Source: Tubiluchus corallicola (lineage: Eukaryota > Animalia > Priapulida). From it: 64,000 nt of DNA. Positions 1 through 11,279 of the stretch are shown here, in pieces; the first letter of the stretch is position 1; each line of letters starts with the position of its first letter. The notes beneath the pieces were generated by a model. The model did not search any database, had not been told where the DNA came from, and saw only the letters and a list, made by a program, of their open reading frames with translations. A program made the translations under genes and the position numbers. Location of the stretch: NCBI GenBank assembly GCA_030141605.1, contig JAQGDQ010000121.1, positions 519,222 through 583,221 on the forward strand, read 5' to 3'.

Positions 1-1109
1 TAGGTCTGCCAAGTGTATACACTATAGCAAACAATGCAACCACTTTGCTAAGAAGTCACCAGTAACTGCTCTGATGTATTACTTGAACTACTAAATATAG
101 CTCATTTACATACATGCTGAGCAAAGGTTATAAACAGAGTATACCTGATAATATCACAACAGTACGGCTTCTAATACAACCCAAAATACAACCTGGGAAT
201 ACCCCAAAATACAACCTGAAATAACTCCTTTTTTGTTGCCCATCTTGCTGGACATGTTTAGAAAAAAGAATTATTTTATTTTGTAGCCCAGTTCCTACAT
301 TTTTTAAAAGTAGGAACTCCTCTTAAGACCCCATGAGGCACTGCACAAACATTTTTCCTATATGATGTTCCTTAAAAGTTTTAAGAAAAATGGGTGCAAA
401 ATGCTCAATTTGTGGCTCCCCCCATTTCTCCCGACATCCCGAGACTGCAACACAAAACTGAATGTCCTTCCCTGTCACATGCCCCAGCCCTTCACAATGT
501 GAAAATCAGCGAAGTAGTTTTTGCATAATTTTTTTAACTAACAAACAAATGGTGATGAAAACATTACTTTCTTGGTGGAAACATAAATCTAATTTTTGTC
601 GTGCTTTGTTTTGGGTTTTGGCATGAATAATTGTGACTGTTCATGTTGCAAGAAAAAGATCTACAAACACTAAATTTACCATCTGTTAATAATTTTTACT
701 GACTCAGATGTCTGGGCAAAACCTAAATGAAATGAAGGCTTGATGTCCCTAATTAATTAGCTAGTCTTTTTTTCAATAAGCAGAACATATCATTGAAAGT
801 CAAACCTACTACACTTTTTGCAACCTGGATGAACAAAAAATAACAATACATAACCTAGCAACAATGTAATTTCCTGTTTTACTTTTAAAGCATCTCTATA
901 CAACTATCTTTCTTTCCAAAAGGCACCAAATTAAATCTCAAACTACAAAACAAATAGTGGTTTGGCTTTCATTAAAAAGAAGAAAATGCAATTTTAAAGT
1001 ATTTCCCAAAAAACTTTCAATACAAAGTTATATTACATAGCATTACATTTACCTTATTGAAAGACTTACGAAATTGGAAAAGAAAATTGTTAATAATTAA
1101 AAATGGTGA

Positions 1110-1480
1110 CGTCAACTGGTAAAACGCCACTGATTCACCAAAAAACGTATTTTAATCTCATTGACAAAATACAGTAATTTAAACTTTTTCTTACTTAGTG
1201 AAGAGCGTGCTGCGATTGCTCTGATTATTTTTTCAAACTTTACACAGTGTTATCAAAACTTGTTTCAAACGACATTACCATTAACATAAAGTTTAACCAT
1301 CACCAAGGAAGTTTTTAATTTACAAGTTTTATACAGCAGTGCTGCTAATACATACTCTGTGTGCAGTAAGACACAAGGTAAATGATACAAAATTTCAATA
1401 CGATTTTTTTTTACCACTAAGTAAGTAAAGAGTTACCTTGTGCTTTGAACTAACAAATGGATTTGGAAAACTTTATCTGC
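1110..1480 (+). repeat. Diverged dispersed repeat, copy 1 (related to about 27455-27890)
   Basis: Shared collinear blocks, e.g. tggtaaaa, attttaatct(c/t)attgacaa, ctgattattt and aatttacaagttttatacag. Confidence 0.7.
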
Positions 1481-1978
1481 TTAGTAAGGCACATCTTATT
1501 TAGAGACAGAAAAATTGGCCTAACAAACTCGTCAAGTGACTTAATTATGCCAGTACCATTAACATAATAGATAAAAAACGAAACTAAATTACTTATTTTT
1601 AACTTCTTCATAGTCTAATGCAGCATCCACACTTCACTTTAACATGATATGACGAACTGTCAGTTTCAAACAACCAACTCTTTGGCAATGACCTGCATCT
1701 CCTACACTATCGTTAGTAACATTTGCCTGTCTGCCATTCATGTCGTCAAGGTCAGATATAAACATAGTTACAATTGTGTGACGGGCGAAGGGAACTGGTA
1801 CAAAAAGTACAGTCACGACGGTGTATTGTCAAAAAACTACAGGTCTAATTTTGGTGTGATCGTGGTTTCACGTTGGGTCACGACACTTTGCATATAAAGA
1901 CTAGTACTGCTTTATGTCAGTGCCCTATGATCAAGATGATTTCAGACAACGCACAAAGACAACAATAAGTTGCAATAC

Positions 1979-3698
1979 CTTTTGTAAATCGTTTTCGTAT
2001 TTGTGTTGCAAAGTGAGCCGCTCCTCATTGAACTGTGCTGCAATGCGAGTTCGAATCAGATGTTCCAGCTCACGATATCTGTGAGGACTTATAAAGCCTT
2101 CATCGTTCAACGTCGAGCTGAGCCTACGATGCGCTGCACTCAAAGATACTTGTGACAAATCTAACTCTACAAGACAAAGAATATAAATATAAATTTATAA
2201 TAACCCGATTAGGACCTACATAAGAATGTAGGAAAAAAATTTCAAAATTTTAGATATTACTGTATTTATTAAAAGAGTCATGCTATTCACCTAAACATTT
2301 TTTCATCCTAATTCTGTCTCTCAAATAAGTCACTTATCACTCAAGCTGAAGAAGTACATATGAATATTGAAGAAATAATCATACCAGACTACACACAATA
2401 ACACTTGTAAAAACCAAAAGCGATGCTTTCACCTTTCATGAATTGTTCATCAGCCTCCTTCAATGGCGTATTTAGTGGAAAGGCTGAGGGATTAATAGAC
2501 TCAAAACTTTTCTCTAGGCTTGTCAAAGTACTGTTTCTAGTTTCGTCCATTTTGGAAGGTGAATCTGCAAAAACAAATAATTGTAAATTAGTCACGTAAA
2601 GCACAGGAAAAAATGCCAAAAACGATAAAGCTAAAAAATGTTTCAACCTTTAAATAGTTCCTTGCGAGCAGTTTCCAATGACACAACTTTACTCTCAGGG
2701 ATTAGTCCTGTTGACAGAGAAGTCTTAGTTGGCAGCCTGGACTGAACTTGCATACTGTTCATTTTTAGTCGAGGTAACATGGCTAAATGAGAATACTAAA
2801 ATAAAACAAAGATTATCACTATTGAGTATTGACTGACCAACATTCGTTATAAATTAACATTTCATGTGTTGCGAGTACTCAAAACATTAATTAAAAACAC
2901 GATCACATACTAACAATGCCATAACAATCCTTCTTCTGATTAGTATGATATTATGAAGTAGTTTTCTTCAACTTCATCAAAATATAATTTATTCTGAATT
3001 GAAATTCTACTAAGCAGAATTACAGCTAACCTCTCAAGGTTTGTGTGATGTACTTTTAAAGTTTTTTTAATTCATTAACTCAGCAGAAATTTTTTACAGA
3101 CCATGATCATAATTTTCATAAATACAAATGTAATCGATGTTGTACAGTTATTATTAATTGAAAAAAAATGCAAAAGAAATTATGACAGAAATAATTATAA
3201 GATCAATAGATTGTATGTATAATGGGCTATTAATAAATTTCAGAAAGATTCTGTTTATGTATCGTAAAGGTAAATACAGTACATGTATAGCAGGACTTAT
3301 CTTTCAAAATTGTCATTTTAACTGTTAGCAACTTGGATAAACTAAATCTTACACTCTGAATTCTGTTTAGTTTTAAATTCTTTCAATGTAAAAAGCCATA
3401 CCCAATAAGATGGCAGTTGAGGTAATGGTCCTGGTTCAGGATCAGAGTTAAACGGTCCAGCAATTATCCCACCCTTACACATGTCCAACAATAAACAAGC
3501 GTATTGATTTCGGAGAATCCTCTGAGATTTTAATAAGCTACCCTGCAAATGCTTAAGCCTATCGACCCATGCGATGCAGCGTTGCTTATCGGCGGGGTCC
3601 GCTAGAGATATTGAATGAATGTGAATGTCACCAAGCAATCTTTGGAAATCTGCATCTGATTGGGATGCATCATCCACTCCAGCATCACCGGATTCCAT
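1979..3698 (-). CDS. CEP112: CEP112-like centrosomal protein (N-terminal DUF4485 domain), 5' part; coding exons 3698-3402, 2795-2648, 2564-2433, 2166-1979; continuation not located
   Basis: Exon 1 encodes DADFQRLL...DKQRCIAWVDRL...RILRNQYACLLLDMCKGGIIAGPFNSDPEPGPLPQLPSYW, matching the DUF4485 pattern (R-C-x-x-W-x-x-K/R-L...RN-x-YA-x-LLL...GPF...PEPG-x-L). Exon 4 (AQFNEERLTLQHKYENDLQK) resembles the start of the CEP112 coiled coil. GT-AG sites with consistent phases (0,1,1). Confidence 0.8.
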
Positions 3699-3948
3699 GG
3701 CATCACTCTAACTTAGATGATGGTCTATCTTGATGACGCCCACAATGAAGTAACACCTCAAGGTCCTCAATTTCACTATGTTAACCATCTTATGAGTAGA
3801 CATTGACTGAATGCAAGTAAAAATACCTAAGAAAATTGAACTTTAGCTATTAGTTTTGTAAATAAAGAAAAATCTTGAACTGTGGTCCATTTCCTAGCAG
3901 ACACATGACAATTATAAATTTACTTTCTTCAATAAAACAACTAATATT

Positions 3949-4033
3949 AATAATAATAAAATAATAATAATAATAACAATAATAATAATAATAATAACGA
4001 CGATGAAGACGATGATGATGACAACAACAATAA
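3949..4033. repeat. Imperfect trinucleotide tract (TAA)n grading into (CGA/TGA/CAA)n
   Basis: Directly visible; source of the poly-Tyr/His/Cys ORF 3850..4119. Confidence 0.8.
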
Positions 4034-4614
4034 TAAAGAAGAAAAAATAGACAAGGATGGAAAAGTTCTAAGATAATACAGTTACTAAGAAAAATACCAC
4101 AGTAAAATTGAATTGACATGGTATTTCAGCATATTGCTGCAAGCTACCTTAACGTGGAATTAAAAACACACAAAAAAAACAGAAAATGAGCACATGAGAC
4201 TAAAATAATTGATAGCAATTCTTGGATTGTGTACATTAAGAACATAAAAAATTAATTCTTACAATTATAAGATGAAGCAAGCGCAGAGTAAACAGCATAA
4301 GAAACAACAACAGAATATCAAGTGCTAAGGAGACAGAACAAACAGGAGATATGGAGATATTAACGTCAGTATTTTTTGGACGGCATGTTGATATGCCGAA
4401 AGTATCTCGCACTAATTGATTTTTCAGGTATATTTTATTTTAGGGTTAATTATAATTCGGGTAATAACTCCACTACATTGTTGGCACAAAAATATAATTT
4501 AAATTTGTAGTTAATTGAACAGTCACAAAGTTGCTACAGCAGTATTTTATAGCAACTGCGAAAGTTTTATGAGGTATATTATAAAATTTGTTTAGAAAAT
4601 TATACTAAAAAAAT

Positions 4615-4687
4615 TGTTCCTGCCAGGGCTCGAACCTGGGACCTTTCGCGTGTAAAGCGAACGTGATAACCACTACACTACAGGAAC
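4615..4687 (-). tRNA. tRNA-Val (anticodon TAC)
   Basis: Reverse complement GTTCCTGTAGTGTAGTGGTTATCACGTTCGCTTTACACGCGAAAGGTCCCAGGTTCGAGCCCTGGCAGGAACA, 73 nt. Acceptor stem GTTCCTG/CAGGAAC, anticodon arm TTCGC-TTTACAC-GCGAA, T arm CCAGG-TTCGAGC-CCTGG, followed by an oligo-T Pol III terminator (4607-4613). Confidence 0.97.
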
Positions 4688-6537
4688 TCACGCACAGATA
4701 ACACACTACAAAAGGCTAGTTGTGATTAGACTTGTAAAAAATATATAAATGCATCTGTATAAATAAATGTGCTAGTGAAGAATTTAGTTATTAAAATCAA
4801 AGGTACAAATAATATATATATATATATATATGTACATAAAGATATTTAATGATTTCGTTTTGTACTCTTTATTGCAACTGCTGCTAAATGATTCTCAAAA
4901 CCCATAATTTCTGTTGCAGGCGTTTTGTCCACTGATATAGGCGAAAACCTGAGCGTAATAAAGGTAGATAGCTCTCCTTGTTTCAACGAAATAATAAATT
5001 TCACAAAACAAAAGTGTTAATACCTCATTTTTTGTATTTCAACGTCTTATGTGACAACAGAAAAACGGACGCGCTGTTTTGATTACAATTCTTCCAATAA
5101 AAGCGCACCACGAATTCGGCATTCTTACCGACCATTCTAATCGCATATGTCTTTAGCAAAGTTATAGGGCTAGGAGCAGAGAATGACTAAAGGTAACACC
5201 CACTACGGTAAAAGTCGAAGATCTAGCGTATTCCACTGCTCAATTCTTGCATTTTTATCAATAAACACAGTTTACACTAATAACAGTGACCTAACAATGT
5301 CAAGAAGCCGGCATTGCAGCTTGTGCATGTGCAGGACAGCCAACAAATGACTTTAGTAGATTAATGCAGACTGATGAAATAAAAAAATCCAAGACACTAT
5401 TTTAGATAACTTTTTATGCAATCTATATTCTGATCATAATCATTTCTGAAGTGTTAAAGGTGTAACAAAAGGAGAATTCTAAACAGGTCCAGAAATTGAA
5501 AATCATCTTCCAAACATTTAATACAAGTAAAAATCAGTAGATGAAATATTCTTAGCTTTTCAGCACAAGAGAAGGCAATTTACATGCATTTCATGAAATT
5601 TATAGATACCTTAGGAAAATAATGGCAGTGATTCTCAGCATTTAATTTATTCTAAAATTAACAAGGTTTTGTGATTAGCGAAGGCTGACAAATGGAATCT
5701 TGATTTAAATAATCATAACTAGAATGTGATGACGATAAGATGATGATAACTACAACAACGATGACAATAATAATACAGTATCATGCATTTGTTCAAATAC
5801 AAGAAAAAAGACAATACTATACTTATCATTGTAAGAACAATGCTTCTCACACTGCACTACCATCAAATATCTCAAAATAACAATCATCTAACAGAGATAA
5901 GACTTTATTACAATGATCAATCAAATAAGATTTTTTGTGCTGCACTAAATTTTGTTCTGCATTAAAATTTTGACATAGAGGATTTTCAGTTAACCAAATT
6001 TTCGCTTCTGCAACGTTTATGAAAAACGTGACTGAATGAATTGAAGTCTAAATCAGTGAGCACATCTGTCTTTATCACTTGACTATTCCTGGTCCAAAGT
6101 GGTCTACTCACTGCAGATTTACACACACATAAGACTCATTAGAGTGCGCGGAGCTCATTATCACTTAACTATGTCTGATCCAGTGCAGTTTAGTATGACT
6201 GAGCAGCTTGCCCACATTTTCACATTTAGTTCCTATCTCATGTTTTTAAACAATTGTAGCTTTTTCAAGCAAATCATTGTCTAGGCAAGGTGTCTACTCT
6301 CCAAATTTCCTGACTCTGAGTAGCGCAGCTTTAGAGTTTTTCAATGTTGCAACTCGGTTCCTAATATAATGATGATGATTAACAATATTGGCATATGGGT
6401 TCTCATAGAATTTGCTGCTCGCAGATCAATAACACTTCCTTTGATGAAGTACACACAAATGTCAGTTATTATCACATCAGAAAATATGCACTACACAGCA
6501 TTGTTTTCTAAGTAGCAGTAACTGTGAAGCATAAGTT

Positions 6538-9254
6538 CTATGTAGTCCTTTGTTTCTTCACAGAATGTTTACAAGTTGTGCTACCACTAGGCATGTCAAT
6601 AAGATTTGTTACATGTGGTGTCACCAATCCATTAACACATGAACTATCTTCACTACTGCTGGTTTTCGTCGTTTCTCCATGTCGTGCTTCCACATCACCC
6701 GTGCTAGCTTCTCTGTTTCCCTGCATGTCGTCTTTACGTTTATGTCTGTATGTGCACACACCCGAGTCATTTGGATCCAGTAATGTTTGTAAAATAGAAT
6801 TAGCAAAAAATCGTTTGTTGACCTTAGTGCTCGAAGGCTTTTCCCTAAAAAAGGCATGAGAAATTTCTAAGACATTGTAACATGTCTAAGTGGGTTACCT
6901 CATAATTAAGTTATAGAAAGATTCGGAATTTGTTTTATATTAAAACAATTAAATAAATTGCACCGATATTTAGAGAAAGCTCTTTACAACTCCTATGTTC
7001 CTCAAAACAGCTATGGCAATGAGCCCTAAAGTATATTATAAGAACTATGTGAATTTTTAGTTCTTTAGTAGTAAGAATCTTTAGCTCACATGTTGATTGT
7101 TTACACACATGGATTTATGTAAGAACTACTACCAAAAATAATTTAGAGCAATTCCTAGCAGCATTAATACACCAAAGACCTGAAGTTGGTTACATTTAGG
7201 ACCAGTAGGGAAACCAACTTTAGTACAGTGCATTCTCATGTAATTAACTTGAAAATTCATAATGTAAGCTAATTTTTGACCTTATGACTAATCAGAATTG
7301 AATCTTACTTACCATCCTTTGGGTCCCATTGAAGAGTATCTCTCTGCTCCCCGTTTGGCTTCCTTTAAAAGCTCTTCATGAGCAATCCTGTAAAATCGGC
7401 AAAGAAACATTAAAATTTATTTAAGTAAAACATACCCTTTTTAATCATAGATTGAGTAAGCACCAGTGAAATCAATGACAATGTTAATCACTTACCTTCA
7501 GTTTAAAGACGTGTACAGTGGACAGGCTACTAAGTAGTACTTGATGTCAAAGTTGACTGTCAAGTTTAGCTTAAGGGAACACCAACAGCAGGCTTTTACC
7601 AGAGCAGCTTTGGCAAGAAAATTGCTGATTGGTCACGGTGTTTGCTGAAATACAACAGTTACGCAGCACCAAACCAGGTTAGCAAAAGAAAGGGAAACCT
7701 AGGTGCAACACTGCCACTGCCTATTTACCTCATTTAAAAGGGGTGTACATGTTTCTTAATGTACCTAAGCACCTCTGCTGCTTTAGTGTCACATCTTAAA
7801 GTAATATTCTTCACCAATAGCTGAATTATTATCAAGCCACAATTGTACAATAGTAGTAATGGACCCTACCATCGAGTGCTGGGTAACAGCTTACAGTATA
7901 AGAGTAATACAAAAAATGAATTAGTGGAATTTCTCAAGTTTTAAAGTGCGGGTGATTGTGGCAGTGCTTAACACGAAACTCACATCTTCATGATTTGCTG
8001 CTGTAGTTATTACACAGCAGTTTTCAATGAGCACAAAAAATGAATGATTATTAGTCTTTTATTCATGTACATTTCCCTACAACAGTATGCGATTAACTGC
8101 TAGCATAAACAGATAACATGAAGTGCCGGCACTATGTATATATACAAACACTGGAGGCCTTACATGAGCTTGCTTTTTTAAATTGTTGTACTAACTTGTA
8201 GTAATCATGTATTTTCCAAATATGTGATTCGCATGTACATTTTATTTATAGGACATGTGTTTATACTGCAAAATAAATAAATGAATTGTATTGGATTGAA
8301 CAACTGACAACCAACAATGAATGAGGAAGTATTAGTTAACTGTTCTTTAAGAATAATACCCGTAGGCATCACTATACAACACTACACCTACTTGTTCAAC
8401 CAATAAAATACATTTTTAAACTGTATTTTCGGATTAGTTAAAAACCTCAGATTACAACTACGCATTATTCTTTTAAGTTTATCTAAATAGATGTTAAGAT
8501 TAAGACATAAGTTGTAATCGCAAAAAAATGAATGCATTTATTAAGTAAAACATCTGTAATACCTACACAATTTAAGTTAATCCAAAAGCCAAACAAGCAG
8601 CACTGACTGTTAATATGAGTGTACTCTTCTGAGACTTGCCATCTTTAATTACATAAATAAAATGTTGACTGTTTTTTCTTAATTTTAGAGTTCTGACAAT
8701 AAAGTCTGTTTTGATACTAAAAAAAGGCATTCAGCTTTTTATTTATTTATTAAACATTCACTGTATTTAAAATTAACATAAATGTATTGTAAAAAGTAAA
8801 ATTAATGCCTGCTGGAAATGTTTGCAATTTTTGAGGTCTGGTGCGTAAATTTCCAGGTGTATAAATTACACTATTAAAACAATATAGTGACACTGGTAAA
8901 TTTGCAAGTTCTTGGATATGATGCTCGATACTGACAATATTATTAACACGACGCAATGCTTGGCAATGTACCTTAATGTAATATGGAGGACCCAGTAAAC
9001 AGAAACACATACATAGTGATTAAGAAAAAAATGAAGCCATAAATTTCGATCAATCTTTAATCTGGTAATATGTTTGGAATGGTGCATCCAAAAAATACCA
9101 CTCCACAAACAAGGCTTTGAGATCAGTTTGCAAAACTTTACCTCGCACGTTTTTCCAGTTTACAGAACTTTGATTAACACATACACAAAATATAATTATA
9201 AAACATTAACCAATTCTACCCTACCTACCTATCCAATTCACTTTCATCCATCAT
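6538..9254 (-). CDS. Homologue of the 'protein POLR1D isoform 2' (not the RPAC2/AC19 polymerase subunit); 135 aa; coding exons 9254-9229, 7387-7313, 6844-6538
   Basis: Spliced product MMDESELDR-IAHEELLKEAKRGAERYSSMGPKGW-EKPSSTKVNKRFFANSILQTL... aligns by eye with human POLR1D isoform 2 (MEEDQELERKAIEELLKEAKRGKTRAETMGPMGW...TNKRFLINTIKNTL). Both introns are GT-AG, phase 2; 408 nt including the stop. Confidence 0.85.
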
Positions 9255-9789
9255 GTCATAATAATAGACACTCTATTGCTGTGTACTTCTGTCACTAAAC
9301 AGACGAATATATTCACAATGCTCTTTAATGCTATTTTGCTACTTCAGCCACACCTGCGAAATAAAAGATAGACGAAATTATTATTGTGATGAAAAACAAA
9401 TATATCTATATCAATTATATAGGCCTTTCGTCTATATTTATCAGATACGTTGTACCCACTTCATCTTAAAGTACGTTGAATAAGACTTTTAAAATGTGAG
9501 CAGCATTAATTTCAGAATGCTTTAAATAAAAAGTTTATATTTTGGAAACAATAACATATATATTGATATACTATAAGTACTAATGCGTTAAATGCTTTAA
9601 TCACATTATCATTACTTCATTATTTTATTACTATTAGGTATTTTATTATTAGCTGAAATACCCAGCAGTGACCAAGGCTGATTTGGCATGATCTGTCAAG
9701 TGAAAACAGCATGTATATTTGTGGCGATGCCCACCCCATGGCACATGCTGGAGTCCTAAAAAGTGCTCCTTTGAATGCCTTTGGGGAGG

Positions 9790-10260
9790 GGAGTAGTCAA
9801 TGTACTGTCTTGAATGACACAACCTCAAGCTGGAAATATGTCTGTATTGGCATAGGTCAAGGCACCCTCAGTGGCCCTTGTTTTAATCTTCATAAATGAT
9901 ATTATTAACTGTATGTCAAGTGGAACATCATTATGTTCCTTTTGCCAGGCTTATACGTCAATGATTTAATACCACACTGTCCGACATGGGAATGCAACAG
10001 GAGTTTGCTACAACTTGACCTCAACAACATTGAAAGATGGTGTGAAATGGTTATTGGAGCTTAAAAAAGCAAAAGCAATTCTTTGCATATCTGTCCTAAA
10101 AGAGACAAACTCCATACTTTCTTAAAGATGGACCCACTGAGAGTAAATCGCTTATTAAAGAGCATCACAGTAACAAATGCCTTAAGCTGGAATGCCACAT
10201 ACGCAATCTCATTTCACAAGCAAATCAATGTGTTGGCATGATTCAACATTGCGTGTCGTC
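9790..10260 (+). mobile_element. Heavily decayed CR1-like LINE reverse-transcriptase fragment
   Basis: QCTVLNDTTSSWKYVCIGIGQGTLSGP resembles the RT block Q-x-V-x-x-N-G-x-x-S-x-W-x-x-V-x-SGVPQGSVLGP; later remnants (LDLNNIERWC) are broken by frameshifts. Ends approximate. Confidence 0.65.
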
Positions 10261-11279
10261 AACAAATTACCAACGGCAACCAATGAAGCACCATCTGTTT
10301 TAAATCGTATTTCAGACAGACATGGGCGGATAGTGGATTTGTGGAATCTGCAGTAATTTTGCGGATATGTCTAATTTTATTGCCTAAAATTGCAGATTTT
10401 AGGCAAAATTACAGCATGCAAAAGCCACTTATGTAGGGCAAATTTTCAAGTGTTTGCGCAAAAAGCTTAACCAATTTCAGTTTGCTAAGCATTCCCTTGC
10501 GTATTAAAAGGCTTGCTGCCAACTTTCATCACTACTTTAATTTAAGATGTTCTCATCACCTCTTGCTTTTTGCTGCTTCCCGATATTTTACCTGGAAATT
10601 CCTAGATGCAAAACATTGCTTATAATTACAAATATTATAATATTTTGCTCGAACTTATTATGGTTTATGGTGTAGTGTGATGGGCATGATATAATGAGTA
10701 AGGTACTCTCCGTGCGGCGTGAGTTGTCGTTGAGGATTTACAAGCAAAATTGGAGTCTGGATAGTAAGAAAATTCACTTGTAGTTATACTGCTATATTTT
10801 TTGTAAAATAGTAAGTCATTGATAGTGTGCATATTGTTATGAAAATTATTCAACTCACATAGCAATTCACTTACTGAATTTCGAACTCACGTCAAATTTC
10901 ACTTCTGCCTTTTTCTTATCATCAGTCATAATTATTATTATACCCATTAGTATTACATCTGTTGTACACAATGGGCAGACACAATTGTAAAATAAAAGAA
11001 ATTTGCCCTCAAGGCAGGTAAACACAGCAGTAATCCAGCAAAAAACTGGACACTGCTATTGTCAGCACCACTTCCATTTCTTATCAATAAATATCATATC
11101 ATATAATATGGGGGTATCAATCGTTCAATGACATCACACCGTTCACCTCCTACTGCCAAACGGTACCTACTTTCCACGATCAAGTATCTTTCAAAATTAG
11201 AGATGTTCCATTGAGGTCTTTTTGTGTGAAATCTATCCATGTGAACAATTTACCGCCTCTTGCCTTGGCTTCTTTGATG

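Noticed and set aside
320-590. Possible Helitron/DINE-like repeat end (acaaacaaa...gatgaaaacattactttcttggtggaaa); similar hairpin at 41349-41385
   Set aside because: Resembles repeat termini I recall from other animals, but there is no second copy or diagnostic terminus in this window to support a call.
3850-4119. 89-aa ORF with poly-Tyr/His/Cys
   Set aside because: Trinucleotide repeat in the probable 5' UTR intron of the CEP112-like gene.
6524-6859. Plus-strand ORFs overlapping minus-strand exons (also 30099-30389, 40118-40366, 21220-21462)
   Set aside because: Antisense shadows of real exons with no recognisable motifs.
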